This document shows, piece by piece, positions 27,144-40,885 of a stretch of 64,000 nt of DNA (position 1 is the stretch's first letter; each line of letters starts with the position of its first letter). The notes beneath the pieces are model-generated. The model was not told where the DNA came from, did no database searches, and worked only from the letters and a program-made list of their open reading frames with translations. The position numbers were made by a program, and so were the translations under genes. The stretch comes from Eledone cirrhosa (taxonomy: Eukaryota). Where the stretch lies: the NCBI GenBank assembly GCA_964016885.1, contig OZ024741.1, forward strand, positions 82,708,001 through 82,772,000. The letters run 5' to 3'.

Positions 27144-30100
27144 TAAAGGATACTATTTATGGTTATGTATGTAATAAAACCTTTAATGGTAATATATTAT
27201 TAATACAAACCCTAAATAGTGAAAGATAGTCATTAATTACTATCCTATTACCAGTAAGATAAATAGCTCAATGTAATAACATCAGTTGTTTTACAGAGCA
27301 GTTATATAGAGAGTACAATAATCAAAGTTCAGTTTAAGTCATTTATTTGCTTACAATTGTTTCCTCCAAACCGAGGTTTGGATTCTTCGGAGCAACTATT
27401 TACTGATCTATAACATACTTGACCTCCTTTTCAACCCAAGAGACATATAAAACATATGCGCATATTGATCAACAGTGGGGTGACATTCATCAAATGATAT
27501 AGCATGGCAATTTACATATAAAGGTTACAGGATAAAAATAAAAATAAAAATAAAAACAAAAATGAAAATAAAGATAAACATGAAGCGTTGGCAGTCTATG
27601 AAGGTAAAGCAAGAGGAAAGTTTAGAGTAGTCAGTGTATGAAACAATCTCACGTGTAGCATGCACGCGTGTCTTTTTTATACATGATTAGAGTGCGTCAG
27701 AATGATATTTGCAGGGTCAGGCAGTTGAAGCAGGCAATCGATCTTATCATGTGGGCTGAATTATTAAGTCATTTATTCGCATACATCTATATGATATACA
27801 GTCCCGGATGCAGGGAAACACCAACATATCAAAAACTTTCAACATACTATAAACCTTATTGTATCGTAGGCAAAGCCGTACCACTGTCTTCGCTCACACC
27901 ACCACTCACATAATCCATGAGACGCAATATATAGAACACGTGTCTATCGTATAATTCACGATGGTTCGGCATATAATCAAGTTATGTAGCGTATCTAGTC
28001 TGTTCTTAATTAATAGATCATGCTGTTTAGATTCCGGAAGTGTCTGAATGACTAAGGGGAGTTAAAGCGTAAGGGGAGGTAACTAGCTAGTTATCTTAGT
28101 TAAATTATTATCCTAAACTACATTAATGGTGATTCAAATACGTGCCTATCATATGAAGTTATAACTAATTTCTAGAGTATGTTTCCCATTTATAGGTTAG
28201 AGAGTTGTCCATTAAGAAGTACAAGGGTGTATATATTAGGATGATTACCATCCATTAAGGGGTGTCATATCTGAACATTCTATAAGAGGAGTCAGACTCT
28301 CAAATCACTGTTCCATGCAAATGTAATATAACAGTAGGACCTGGTATGGTCCCACTATTATATATGCCCCCCCCCCCCGGTAGGCTCCGGGTCATTGCAT
28401 GTCTGAATCTCCGGTAAATCTGAGTACCTTCGGGGTGGTCCGGAGATCTAATTTCTCATATAAAGGCACTAGTCTGGTCATCAAGCAATAGACAACCCCC
28501 ATCTCATATATAAATCAATTAAGTATCACATCTACAAGTTAGAGTGGAGTCTATTAATAGGTACTAAAGGAGTTCATATCATGATAATTACAATCTGGAG
28601 ATTAAATCTCTCATACCAGGACACCTGTCTAGCCACCAAGCAATACATAAACTCGCATCCCACATATAGATCAGGTATCCCATCCACAAGTTAGAGTGGA
28701 GTCCAGTAACAAGTACTAAAGGCGTTCATATCATGATGATTACAATCCAACATGGGGTGCCACACCCGGCCAATCCATAAGAAGAGTCAGACTACATAAT
28801 TAATTACATGGGTCTCACTATCAGTAATGGTCTTATTATCGTACATGACTCCCGGCGAGATTCAGGTCGTAGTATGACTGCATCCCCGGTAAATTCACCA
28901 GGGTGGTCCAGTGGCCGGTTCTCTCGTCAAAAGATGCCGGTCAGGTCACCAGGCAACACAGAAGCTCCTAACTCATGCATCGCCTGTGCATAGTTCATTG
29001 AACTGATCGTTTACAGTATATATTCACATAACAATACGATTATCTATCTGATCATCAATCTATCTCTTGGTGGCAATCCATGCACAGGACTATGTTATCG
29101 CAACCAGTAACGTGTCCGCGGTTTATACTAATCTTATGCAATGCAGACTAAGTAGTCTACGGTCGAGATATCAGAATTAGAGGTACAAGGGGGTATTCCC
29201 AGGGTAGGTGGTACTAAAATGCTGTCAGTATTATCTTTAGAGTATATAAATGGGTGTGGATGTGAGGTGTAAGGTGAGCTACTGATGTTAATTGATAGGG
29301 GTGGTGCCGGTTCCAGTCTGACATTATTATATATAGGGTTTAAAGTTTTGGAACGAGTGTCGGAAGCGGTGTTGGCAAGTTGCGAACACTTCTGATTTTT
29401 TATTAAGGAGATTATGTTTAGAGAAGATGATAGTATGGGTCTCTAGTAGACAGAGGTTACACAATTTATTAGGTGGTTTGTACGATGTTGCACTACCTAC
29501 CACTTCCCATTTAAGTGTATATATTTTATTTTTAGTTTTTAGATAGTGTATGTAGCTAGATAGTGAAGTGGAGTTGGCTAGACTGTGTTTTTTGAAAGAG
29601 TGTAGGTGCGAATTGTATCTAGTTTCGAAGCAGATAGAAGTAGAGCCTATATAGGTTTCAGAAGAGTTGTTAGTTGTGACTGTACATGAGTATATGATAT
29701 CCTTGGTTAAGCATTTGTTATCTAAAGGGCAGGTTCTACTTGATCTACAGTTACAATTACTCTGGGTGCTAGTCTGCCGGTTACTATGCTGTGTAGAAGT
29801 TTGGATGTTAGCTATAGGGTTATGGTTATGTGGGTTGTGGTACGCAGCGTTAATGTTTACACTAGTGCTATTACTATTATTTCCAATGATATTACGGTTA
29901 GTTGCTATAATGTTACTTTGACTGTTATTTTGAATGTTATTTTGAAGGTTTATCGACTGTTGTGATTTAGTTTGTTGGAAGTAAGAATTAATTTGTCTTT
30001 TATTTGTACTAGCTATGTGGTATGCTAAGTTAGGCGTAGTAGAGTATGAGATCTTAATAGTGTTTTTGTTTAAAAGGCCGTGGTACCTGTGGCCGGATGA

Positions 30101-32180
30101 GAAGTGTTTATCTAGTAGTGAGAAGAAAGCCCTAGGTAGGTTGGTAGAGACGTTTAACTTGAAAGGAGGGTTGGAAAATGTATTATTTCTTCTTCTATTT
30201 CTGTTTTTTATGTCTGGTGATTTGTTTCCTTTAATGTTCCTATGGTAATTTCTGTGGTGCGGGTTACTGTTGTTGTTACTATCACTATTAATGTGCGTGC
30301 AGTTGCTATTCCTATTATTAAATTTTCCCATGGACATGTTGTGTGAAATGATGTTGTAGCTATGTGTTTTTGTAGGTAGGAACTCTATCCCTGTATTATG
30401 GCCTGATCTAACTAATGCCTGATTATAATACTGCGAGTTATTGTTAAATGTGTTTATGTCATAGGATAGATTAGAGATTCTATTAGATACTCCCTTAGAG
30501 ATAGAGTTCAATATAGATTTAGGGTGGTTAGACTTGGTATCTACGTAGATGAGTTTTTCATTAGGTTTGTGGAAAGGTGCATATATCGTTGAGTCTAGGT
30601 AGAGTGTGGCGTCTAGGAAGTTGACGTTTTTGGTGTTTTTGTCCATGGTAATACTAAGGTTAAAGTTTTTGAATGTTTTGTGCAATAGTTTTCTAGTCCT
30701 TTCTATATTGAATTTTTTTGGATTGTAATCATCATGATATGAACTCCTTTAGTACTTGTTACTGGACTCCACTCTAACTTGTGGATGGGATACCTGATCT
30801 ATATGTGGGATGCGAGTTTATGTATTGCTTGGTGGCTAGACAGGTGTCCTGGTATGAGAGATTTAATCTCCAGATTGTAATCATCATGATATGAACTCCT
30901 TTAGTACCTATTAATAGACTCCACTCTAACTTGTAGATGTGATACCTAATTGATTTATATATGAGATGGGGGTTGTCTATTGCTTGATGACCAGACTAGT
31001 GCCTTTATATGAGAAATTAGATCTCCGGACCACCCCGAAGGTACTCAGATTTACCGGAGATTTACCGGATATTATATATCCCCCCTACCGGGGGGGGATA
31101 TATAATAGTGGGACCATACCAGGTCCTACTGTTATATTACATTTGCATGGAACAGTGATTTGAGAGTCTGACTCCTCTTATAGAATGTTCAGATATGACA
31201 CCCCTTAATGGATGTTAATCATCCTAATATATACACCCTTGTACTTCTTAATGGACAACTCTCTAACCTATAAATGGGAAACATACTCTAGAAATTAGTT
31301 ATAACTTCATATGATAGGCACGTATTTGAATCACCATTAATGTAGTTTAGGATAATAATTTAACTAAGATAACTAGCTAGTTACCTCCCCTTACGCTTTA
31401 ACTCCCCTTAGTCATTCAGACACTTCCGGAATCTAAACAGCATGATCTATTAATTAAGAACAGACTAGATACGTATATAACTTGATTATATGCCGAACCA
31501 TCGTGAATTATACGATAGACACGTGTTCTATATATTGCGTCTCATGGATTATGTGAGTGGTGGTGTGAGCGAAGACAGTGGTACGGCTTTGCCTACGATA
31601 CAATAAGGTTTATAGTATGTTGAAAGTTTTTGATATTTTGGTGTTTCCCTGCATCCGGGACTGTATATCATACATATGTATGCGAATAAATGACTTAATA
31701 ATTCAGCCCACATAATAAGATCGATTGCCTGCTTCAACTGCCTGACCCTGCAAATATCATTCTGACGCACTCTAATCATGTATAAAAAAGACACGCGTGC
31801 ATGCTACACGTGAGATTGTTTCATACACTGACTACTCTAAACTTTCCTCTTGCTTTATCTTCATAGACTGCCAACGCTTCATGTTTATCTTTATTTTCAT
31901 TTTTGTTTTTATTTTTATTTTTATTTTTATTTTTATTTTTATTTTTATTTTTATTTTTATCCTGTAACCTTTATATGTAAATTGCCATGCTATATCATTT
32001 GATGAATGTCACCCCACTGTTGATCAATATGCGCATATGTTTTATATGTCTCTTGGGTTGAAAAGGAGGTCATGTATGTTATAGATCAGTAGATAGTTGC
32101 TCCGAAGAATCCAAACCTCGGTTTGGAGGAAACAATTGTAAGCAAATAAATGACTTAAACTGAACTTTGATTATTGTAAT
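27140..32180 (-). mobile_element. 5'-truncated PLE with a ~2.2-kb 3' UTR and a ~1.45-kb inverted duplication of that UTR
   Basis: ORF 29327-30685; 30720-32180 is the near-identical reverse complement of ~27316-28748; variant HHRs at 27347-27395 (-) and 32097-32145 (+). Confidence 0.9.
29327..30718 (-). CDS. PLE C-terminal part: RT thumb, Asn-rich linker, Cys motif and GIY-YIG endonuclease (N-terminally truncated)
   Basis: VNFLDATL, PFHKPNEKLIYVDTKSNHP, CNCRSSRTCPLDNKCL, IIYSC..TYIGST, CNLCLLE. Confidence 0.85.
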   Translation of the reverse strand, partial: KKFNIERTRKLLHKTFKNFNLSITMDKNTKNVNFLDATLYLDSTIYAPFHKPNEKLIYVDTKSNHPKSILNSISKGVSNRISNLSYDINTFNNNSQYYNQALVRSGHNTGIEFLPTKTHSYNIISHNMSMGKFNNRNSNCTHINSDSNNNSNPHHRNYHRNIKGNKSPDIKNRNRRRNNTFSNPPFKLNVSTNLPRAFFSLLDKHFSSGHRYHGLLNKNTIKISYSTTPNLAYHIASTNKRQINSYFQQTKSQQSINLQNNIQNNSQSNIIATNRNIIGNNSNSTSVNINAAYHNPHNHNPIANIQTSTQHSNRQTSTQSNCNCRSSRTCPLDNKCLTKDIIYSCTVTTNNSSETYIGSTSICFETRYNSHLHSFKKHSLANSTSLSSYIHYLKTKNKIYTLKWEVVGSATSYKPPNKLCNLCLLETHTIIFSKHNLLNKKSEVFATCQHRFRHSFQNFKPYI

Positions 32181-32192
32181 CTCTCTCTCTCC

Positions 32193-32311
<119 letters not shown>

Positions 32312-33578
32312 CACACATATATATATAATTATATATAATATAAGATCAAAAGATGGTTAAAAGAGTTCCAAGTATTTTATTATGCGCATTTCAAAAACAA
32401 ATATCATCATGAGATGATATCTGCGTTTTCATCAGATAAAATAGTGATACATGATATGAAGGTTAAAAAACACTTGTGGATAGTGAAGTTTTAAATCAAC
32501 ATATGAAAAATAATTTAACATTGATATGTGATATTGGGAAAAAGTGAGGGTCGGTTGGAAAGTATAAGGGGGAGGAGGAGGAGGAGGAGGAGGAGGAGGA
32601 GGAGTATAAGAAGTAAGCCTGAGAGAGGAGGAGAGATGGTTGATAGAGAGAGAGAGAGATAGCCTTTACAATTGAGAAAAATATATATTGTCTCACAGAG
32701 AGAAGTTAAAAAGCCATTGGAAGATAATAGATAATTTAAAAGAATTTGAAATTAAAAGTTGTTGAAGAGAAAAAGGGGTTAAGAGTAATATTAAATTAAG
32801 GTTTGTATATTAAAGGGTTTAATAATATGTGCGAGGAAAAGAAATTGTTAATATGTATGATTAAATTAAAAATATTAATGTTATTGAGGATATAATGTGA
32901 AAAGAAGTAGAAGAATGGATGAGTTATGAATTTATAGGAATTAGTTAGTATTTAAGTTTGTTTTTATGTAATGTAATATGTGTGCGTAATATATGTAAAT
33001 AGTTTGTTTAAAAAAGAGCGCAGAAAACAAAGAAGAAAAGAATGTTTAAGGAAGAAAATATCTAACATCAAAATATATATGTTTACGAAATATTTTCTAA
33101 TGGTAATAATATAATATATTAAAGGAAATTAGTTAGGGTTTAAGTTTGTTTTTATGTATTGTAATATGTAATATGTAAAAGTCAAACGAGCATGAAAGGA
33201 AGAAATAAGGAACTTAAGGAAGAAAAATCTAACATCAAAAAATGTTTACGTTTACGAAGGACTATTAAAGGTAATACTATAATGTATTTACAAGATAATA
33301 ATAATGTTTATGGCACATGATATGAAGAAAGATGGAAGAGTGGATATGTTGTGGTGAGTAATAAGAACTGAGAAGTAGTTAGGAAGAAAAAGTACAGATT
33401 AGAGGTTAAAAATTAAAAAGAAAAAAGAAAAGAGGAAGGAAGGAAAGTGATAAAGAGGAATGTTATAGAACGAGTAACTTGTATTATATAATATATAATA
33501 AATAATATTAAAATAAGGTAGAAAGATGGGTATATTTAAAAAAAAATTATATAAGCCTTTGAGAAAAAGGATTTTAAA

Positions 33579-35620
33579 CTAGTAAAGTCCTTTGTATACT
33601 TTATGGAATGTTCTGTGGAATTTATGCAAGCAGAGAGAAAATAAACCAGTGCGTCTATTTATTATAGAATCTAAATTAGATATAATGGTAAATTTCTCAG
33701 ATAGGCAAAGATTACACGTTCTGGATAGCGAGGCATTCAAGTAGGAAGAGGCAGAACAAACTTCCCTCCAAGAGATGTTATAGTTAATATGTTTGTCTTT
33801 CAAGGACCACATGAGTCCTGAGAGTGCCGTGTTAGTTCTTTTAAGTTGGTATCTAAAAGACGAATTGTGATTATAAAATCTCGCTTTGAAGCAGGTGGAA
33901 GTGGAACCGAAACAGGTAAAGGAATTGGTATCAGTTATAACCTTAACGTTCATAGACTAAGTTTTTTTCAAGACAAGGGTTATTCAGAGGACATTTAGTT
34001 TTAACAGGGCAATTACAATTGCGATTAGAGAAATTAACAGAGTTATTAACAAGTGACCTAGTGTTATTTATAGGAGGAATTGGATTGGAGAAGTTATTTA
34101 CGATAGGAATAATAGTTTCCTGATTTAGATTGGTATTATGAACATTCAACGAAGTTACATTTGACGTCGTATTTGAGTTTGCAGTATCGAGCCTAGAGTT
34201 AACAATGACGTCGGGAGTATTACTGCTATTATTATGACACTCAGTGTTGGAAGGATGTGATTTAATATTTAATATTTTATTGTTGTGTTTAGAGATAATG
34301 TTATAGATGTTGGAGGAGGTGGAATAGGAAAATGTTATTGTATGTTTGTTAAAGATTTTATTATAGATATGTGAGGGAGGGAAGCATTTATCTAAGGCCC
34401 TAAATAATAGTTTGGGAATAGTGGCGGTGGATTGGCAGCATTGGTAGAGGGTCGGACGCCATGCTTTGACGCATAGAGATACGGCCCTTACCATTCTGAG
34501 TTCAAATCCCGCCGAGGTTAACTTTGCCTTTCATCCTTACGGGGTCGCTAAAATAAAGTACCAGTAATACACTGGGTATTTGCTGGCCTTGTGCCTAACG
34601 TAGAAACAATTATTATTAATAGAAATAGAGAAAGGAGCATTATATATTTGTATCTAGGTCTTTTATTTAAGTTATTGGAATGATCATAATTAATTATTTT
34701 ACTATAAGTCCTTCTAGGATTGGTTTCTTTACTGTATTTAATTTTATCAGGATAACCGGCTTTACAAAGCGCATTATTATAGTAATTGGCGTTAGCATCA
34801 AATATATTTTTATTAGAGGATAGGTTTGATATTCTTTTTCCAATATTACTAACTATAGCATTTTTAATGTTAGTGGAGTGGTTAGATTTAAAATTAACAT
34901 AATTTAGATTTTCATTGTTTTTATGGTAAAGGTAATATATGCCAGTGTCAAGATTAAGGGATATATTGAAGAAGTTAGCTAGTTTGACGTTGTTATCAAA
35001 TTCGATTTTAAGGTTATGTTGCTTAAAGAAATCACGTATATTGTTCTTAATAATATTAAGGTTAACTAAATTGCAATTTAAGATATTAAAAAGTCCATCG
35101 TCACGATAAATTCCACCGCGAAGTTGAGGAATTTTCCGATTTAAAGAATTCAAAATAAACATACCAATCAAATCAGTCAATTGCGATGAATCGGAAGCAC
35201 CCATTTTGATATCAAAATTGTTGGAGGTATCAACTCTAGTCCAGTATTCATTGTTGAATTCTAAGATGGTTTTTCTTGCGTTGAGAATGATGTGAAGTTC
35301 ATCTGTGCTGATATCAGAATATTTAAATGGGAAAGATAGAGCATTGTTGAGAAGTGAAGGCGAAATAGAAGAATAATAACTGGCAATATCAAATTGAATA
35401 AATTGTTGTTTGTTTTTCTTATTCAGGTTGTTGAACCCGCCAATTACTTCAGATGTACCAAACCATAAATTTAAGTTAGAAATAGAGCAATTAGAACGAA
35501 CCTGATGGATAGTTCTATCCAAGATGGCTTTACTAACAACCCCCAGATCTGATTTAGAGGGGGCGATTAGTCTAACAGATTGTTCCGTTCGAAAATTACT
35601 TTTATGATCCTTGACATTTA
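33579..35620 (-). pseudogene. PLE RT/GIY-YIG ORF broken by a SINE insertion and a frameshift
   Basis: ORF pieces 34548-35522, 33943-34494 and 33579-33953. Confidence 0.85.
34422..34618 (+). mobile_element. Full-length tRNA-derived SINE inserted in the PLE ORF
   Basis: A-box tggcagcattgg, B-box gagttcaaatcc, MetaSINE-like gcctttcatccttacggggtcg.taaaataaagtaccag, (att)n tail. Confidence 0.8.
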
Positions 35621-36300
35621 TCCTAACATATTATATTATTACCATTAGAAAATATTTCGTAAACATATTTATTTTGATGTTAGACATTTTCTTCCTTAAA
35701 CATTCTTTTCTTCCTTGCTTTTGCGCTCATTTTTAAACAAACTATTTACATATATTACGCACACATATTACATTACATGAAAACAAACTTAAACACTAAC
35801 TAATTCCTATAAATTCATAACTCATCCACTCTTCTACTTCTTTTCACATTATATCCTCAATAACATTAATATTTTTATTTTAATAATACATATTAACAAT
35901 TTCTTTTCCTCGCACATATTATTAAACACTTCAATATACAAACCTTAATTTAATATTACTCTTAACCCCTTTTTCTCTTCATCAACTTTTAATTTCAAAT
36001 TCTTTTAAATTATCTATCTTCCAACGGCTTTTTAACTTCTCTCTGTGAGACAATATATATTTTTCTCAGTTGTAAAGGCTATCTCTTTCTCTCTAACACC
36101 CACCTCTCCTCCTCTCTCATCCTTCCTTCTTATACTCCTCCCCCACCATTCTTTACTCTCCTTTCCTCCTCTTCCTTACTCTTTCCAACCCCCCGTCACT
36201 TTGTCCCAATATCACACATCAATGTTAAATTATTTTTCATATGTTGATTTAAAACTTCACTATTCACAAGTATTTTTTAACCTTCATATCATGTATCCCT

Positions 36301-36369
36301 ATTTTATCTGATGAAAACGCAGATATCATCTTATGATGATATTTGTTTTTGAAATGCGCATAATAAAAT
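36301..36369 (+). ncRNA. Type I hammerhead ribozyme with a long stem II
   Basis: attttat-CTGATGA-aaacgcagatatcatc-ttat-gatgatatttgttttt-GAAA-tgcgca-TA-ataaaat. Confidence 0.85.
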
Positions 36370-36503
36370 ACTTGGAACTCTTTTAACCATCTTTTGATCT
36401 TATATTATGTATACTCCAGTCCTACAAACTGTTGAGTGCTACTTATCCGATATTTCCATTGCTTTATTGGGCTACAATAAAACTCACCTCCTACATATAA
36501 TTA

Positions 36504-36585
<82 letters not shown>

Positions 36586-36615
36586 TATATATATAAATGT
36601 ATATATAAATATGTG

Positions 36616-36649
<34 letters not shown>

Positions 36650-36654
36650 TATAC

Positions 36655-36708
<54 letters not shown>

Positions 36709-36710
<2 letters not shown>

Positions 36711-39598
36711 GAGTGGATCTTGTCGAAACGCCACAACGAGAAGATCGACACTAACGAACAAACGGACCAGAACCACTTGGAAAACAACAACTTAACAACC
36801 GCCACCGGCGCAACCACCAACACCGAGCCATACCTCAACGATGCGACGCACCTGGTCACCGACCTAACCGGCACTCTCACGAGCGACGAGCTGAAACTCC
36901 TACACCTCGGACCTAAGTTCATCGTCACACAACGTCTCGACGACAGACTCAAACTCAACATCGAGGCCAACTTTTGTCGAGCCACTTACCAACTTAAATG
37001 GGTGACCGCCATCAACAGCGCCACAGAAAATAACAGCGCCGACGCAACCCACCTCAAGTTCCCCAATTACCACCCCGACAACCCACTCCACCCCCACCCA
37101 CCAACCACGAACTCGACACTAAACTCATCAAGCTAAAACACTCCATCTCGGATATACTTCACAAACACACACACACAACACATAACCTCACCAAATCTCA
37201 ACTCACCACTCTCTCCAACCTAAAATCGAAGAACCTCATCTATCTCCCCTCCGACAAGGGGAAAGAATTCTGCGTCATCAGCAGAGAGGCCTACAACACC
37301 CTGGCCCTCCAACACCTTGACGATGACAACCTCTACTCCAAGGTCACAGGAATTACTCCCGCACAGATAGAAGAACACATCAACTCCGCCTGGACCAACA
37401 TCTGCGACCGGCGGAAGATCCCGAAGAAGCTGAGATACAACCTCCTCACGAGGAACAGCACACTCCCCGCCTTCTACCACCTCGTGAAAACACACAAACA
37501 GGGACCCGACCTGAAAATCAGGCCCATCGTATCGAGCGTGGAGGGACCACCCTACAAAATGTCATGGCTCCTAGCCAGAATACTCAAACCCATCTTAGAC
37601 ACCTTGCCGGGACACGTTAACAGCTCCGAGGAGGTTTTGAAGCGCCTGCATCAAATGGATCCCGACACCAGAAGGAGTAACAGATATGCTTTCAGCCTTG
37701 ATGTAGTCGCTCTCTACACCTCGGTCCCGGCACTCCCGGCCGTCAATATACTAATGGAACGCGTCCAATCCACCGACCTACACTGCTTCGGGCTCACCAC
37801 CACTGACATCCACCAACTCCTATCCATCGTCGTCGACAACACCTACTTCGGATTCCTTGACCAAATATACCAACAAACCTCGGGATTGCTCATGGGATCA
37901 AGCCTATCAGGTGTGCTAGCAATCTCTTACATGGACAACCTCGAACGGAAGGCACTCAACGCCTGCCACCCCAACGCCGTAGCCTTTTTCTCAAGGTACG
38001 TGGAAGATATCCTCATCCTCACATCTTCCCAAGACACGGTGAACAGAATCTATGAGACGTTCAACAACACGGACGAGAACATTGACTTCAGTGTTGAACA
38101 CCCCAACGAAGAAGGGTCACTTGCCCTCCTCGACTTCCGAATGAACATCACGGAACAAGGAAGGATCCACTGCAACTTCTACCGAAAGGCAGCCTGCAGG
38201 GACCTATTTGTTCACTACAAGTCTGCCCTCCCTAACAGTGCCAAAAGCGGATATATCACGAACGAGATCGCGCGAAACAAAAACAGATGCAGCGATCCCG
38301 CGAGTGGTGTCACTCATACCAAGCGATTCCTCCAGGTGCTGGAGACGAACGGGTACCCTACCTCGATCACAGACAGAATAGGAGACACCAGACGCAAAAG
38401 ACAGAGAAGCACCCAAGGCAAGTGCTTCCTTAAAATGCCACAACTGGGCGAGAAAACAACCAACGCTATCCGCAAGGCTATACGGAGGGAGGGCCTCCAC
38501 ATCCACCTGGCCCACTCGGGCCCCTCCCTGCGAAGATGCCTCTCCAGGAAACCCGAAAAATCTACTGACGCATGCTCCCTCAGCGACTGCCCGATACGCC
38601 ATGCGAACTGTTGCCTACGCACATACGTCGTGTATAAGATAGAATGTGACAGGTGCAACCAATACTACATAGGTAGCACAATTCGACCTTTGCACATCCG
38701 GATCAAGGCACACATTAAAACCAGGGCCTCGACTTTCCGGAAACACATAGACAAATGCGGAAACAAAGACGGAAGGCCCATTGTCACAATTCTAGCGACT
38801 GAAAGAAACGTCTGGACGTTACGTATCAAGGAAGCGCTTTTTATAAAACGCCTGCAACCGCAAATAAACAACCGATCAGAGAGAAGCGAAATGAGATGGC
38901 TGGTTTAAGTTAACAAGCTATGCAACAACACACAACACACGCACACACACACACACAAACGAGACAACTACACACACACACAGTAGCATTCCACCATACG
39001 AACATACTACACTGCCAATACAGAGGAACAATGCAACAACACACGCACACACACACACACACACACTCAAGCGAGACAACAACACACGCACACACACACA
39101 CAGTAACATTTAACAAACAGGCAGAGAATGGACTGACAGCTAGCTCCATCCCACTCCCTCATTCGGCAACTGACCTCTGTTCGACCGACCCCATTTCACG
39201 CGCACGCGCGCACAGCCGAATAACTCAGATGTTCAAAACAACAAACAGCGAAGGACGCGTTCCGGACTTGTCCGACAGACAACCTTTTCCCCCACCGCGG
39301 AAAAAACCCCAGTTGATGGATGTGAATCCGAAATATATAGGGACTATTAAATCTCTCCCAAGGTAACTCTCTCTTGTGTTGTTATTTTTATTTTATCCCT
39401 TATACTCTTCCCTTCATTCTACACATCTCACACATCTTATACACACCACGCATCTCAACGTACACCCACTTACATCTCTCTCTCCACCACCGGACCTTGT
39501 TACGCGGAGATTTACCCATTTTCATTGTCGAGGCTTCCAAACGACTTAAAGATATTTACTTATTGTTCCACAATGCTTCAAGCAAACTTCAATACTCT

Positions 39599-39600
<2 letters not shown>
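36709..39600 (+). mobile_element. Near-complete Penelope-like element (GC-richer family) bounded by (TA)n
   Basis: [38 protein letters not shown] (YVDD mutated), VVYKIEC..YYIGST, LRIKEALFI..QPQIN; frameshift near 37100. Confidence 0.92.
37484..38908 (+). CDS. PLE reverse transcriptase-GIY-YIG polyprotein (the frame extends upstream; probably inactive)
   Basis: 474-aa ORF with RT and GIY-YIG motifs; catalytic DD reads ED. Confidence 0.85.
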   Translation: MKTHKQGPDLKIRPIVSSVEGPPYKMSWLLARILKPILDTLPGHVNSSEEVLKRLHQMDPDTRRSNRYAFSLDVVALYTSVPALPAVNILMERVQSTDLHCFGLTTTDIHQLLSIVVDNTYFGFLDQIYQQTSGLLMGSSLSGVLAISYMDNLERKALNACHPNAVAFFSRYVEDILILTSSQDTVNRIYETFNNTDENIDFSVEHPNEEGSLALLDFRMNITEQGRIHCNFYRKAACRDLFVHYKSALPNSAKSGYITNEIARNKNRCSDPASGVTHTKRFLQVLETNGYPTSITDRIGDTRRKRQRSTQGKCFLKMPQLGEKTTNAIRKAIRREGLHIHLAHSGPSLRRCLSRKPEKSTDACSLSDCPIRHANCCLRTYVVYKIECDRCNQYYIGSTIRPLHIRIKAHIKTRASTFRKHIDKCGNKDGRPIVTILATERNVWTLRIKEALFIKRLQPQINNRSERSEMRWLV

Positions 39601-39637
<37 letters not shown>

Positions 39638-39860
39638 CGTTTCTGAATTTGTTTAGCAAGATTCTTTATCTGAAATCGTGTGTTGAAACCGATATTGTTA
39701 TACTTTGGGAGGGTCATGTTGCCAATAAGAAACACACGCACCATTGCTTTCACTTCAATTTATTATATATTTATAAATTTATAAATTTACAAATCTACAA
39801 ACTTATAAATTTCTGGTTGGTTGGTTGGTTCCACAACCAGATAGTTGTTTATATATATAT

Positions 39861-39905
39861 AGTCATAGTCCTTTCGTCACACACTCTGTGACCTCTTCAG
39901 TGACT
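39861..39905 (-). ncRNA. Minimal type I hammerhead ribozyme
   Basis: agtca-CTGAAGA-g-gtcaca-gagtg-tgtgac-GAAA-ggac-TA-tgact. Confidence 0.78.
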
Positions 39906-40595
39906 GGGGATTCCTTTCTTTGTTTCTGTGCATTTCCTTTCTTCTGTCCTACGCCATTTTGTTTCTGTGTGTGTGGTGTGTGCTCAGTTTGCGCATGCGC
40001 CACATCCGGGTGTCTCTGTGTGTTTGTGTTCATTTATCTATTTGTTTATTTATATTTATTTACATGTTGTTGGTTGGTTGTTTGTTCTATGTGTGTGTGT
40101 GTTTTCATTTTGTCCTTAATTGTAAGTTGTGATGTTGCTGTTCCACTCATATTTTCTATTTAATTTTGGTTGTAATTCTTTTATGCTTACTGCCTCTGTA
40201 ATTTGCCTAAACATTGCATCTTTTCTGTGTGTGGATTCTATTTTTATTTCTATGTTCTCGAATTTGCCCTTGTGTTCTATCTTAGCATGTTGGTAGAGTA
40301 CAGATGATTCTTTATTATCTTGAAGGTCTCGCCAGTGTTCATTTATCCGTTCCCCTATACTACGAGCTGTCTCACCTATGTACACTATATTTTTGTTTCT
40401 ACATTGTCCTTCAGTACATCTTATGCTATACACTACATTTCTAGTTTTACAGTTAATATGGGGGCTTATTTTACAGGTTATACATTTCTTATCTATACAT
40501 GAGGGTCTTTGGAACGGGTATGTCTTGCTAATAAGTGTTTTTACGGAGGTACCTGGTCTAGGTAAAAACACTTATTAGCAAGACATACCCGTTCT
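39861..40595 (-). mobile_element. Short 3' PLE fragment: GIY-YIG ORF 40116-40571, a 3' hammerhead and a 5' fold-back
   Basis: NVVYSIRC..VYIGETARSIGERINEH, RQITEAVSI..QPKLN; hairpin 40511-40593. Confidence 0.88.
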
Positions 40596-40885
40596 ATACG
40601 CCAATCTTCTGCGAAAATGCGGGTAAGCCTCTATAATAAACATCTAGTAACATGCAAGGGAACATCATCGTTTTAATGTATATACCTATCTATGTATATA
40701 TATATAAATATATATATATTTAAAAGTTAAACAACGTTCAATAAAATATAATTGATCACAAGAATAACTATTTTGTTAATATTTTGAATTAATATAAATA
40801 TATATATATATAATGATGATGATGATAGATGATAATAATAATAATAATAATATAATAATAACAATAACACTAATAATAATAATAA

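Larger units (their letters stand above)
32340..36497 (-). mobile_element. 5'-truncated PLE with a ~0.8-kb inverted duplication of its 3' UTR, interrupted by a SINE
   Basis: RT (FDIASYYSSI, MGASDSSQ, IYRDDGL) and GIY-YIG with CNCPVKTKCPLNNPCL; 35627-36405 is the reverse complement of 32340-33122; HHRs at 32374-32442 (-) and 36301-36369 (+). Confidence 0.9.

Noticed and set aside
34422-34515. tRNA gene
   Set aside because: A and B boxes are present but there is no cloverleaf; it is the head of a multi-copy SINE.
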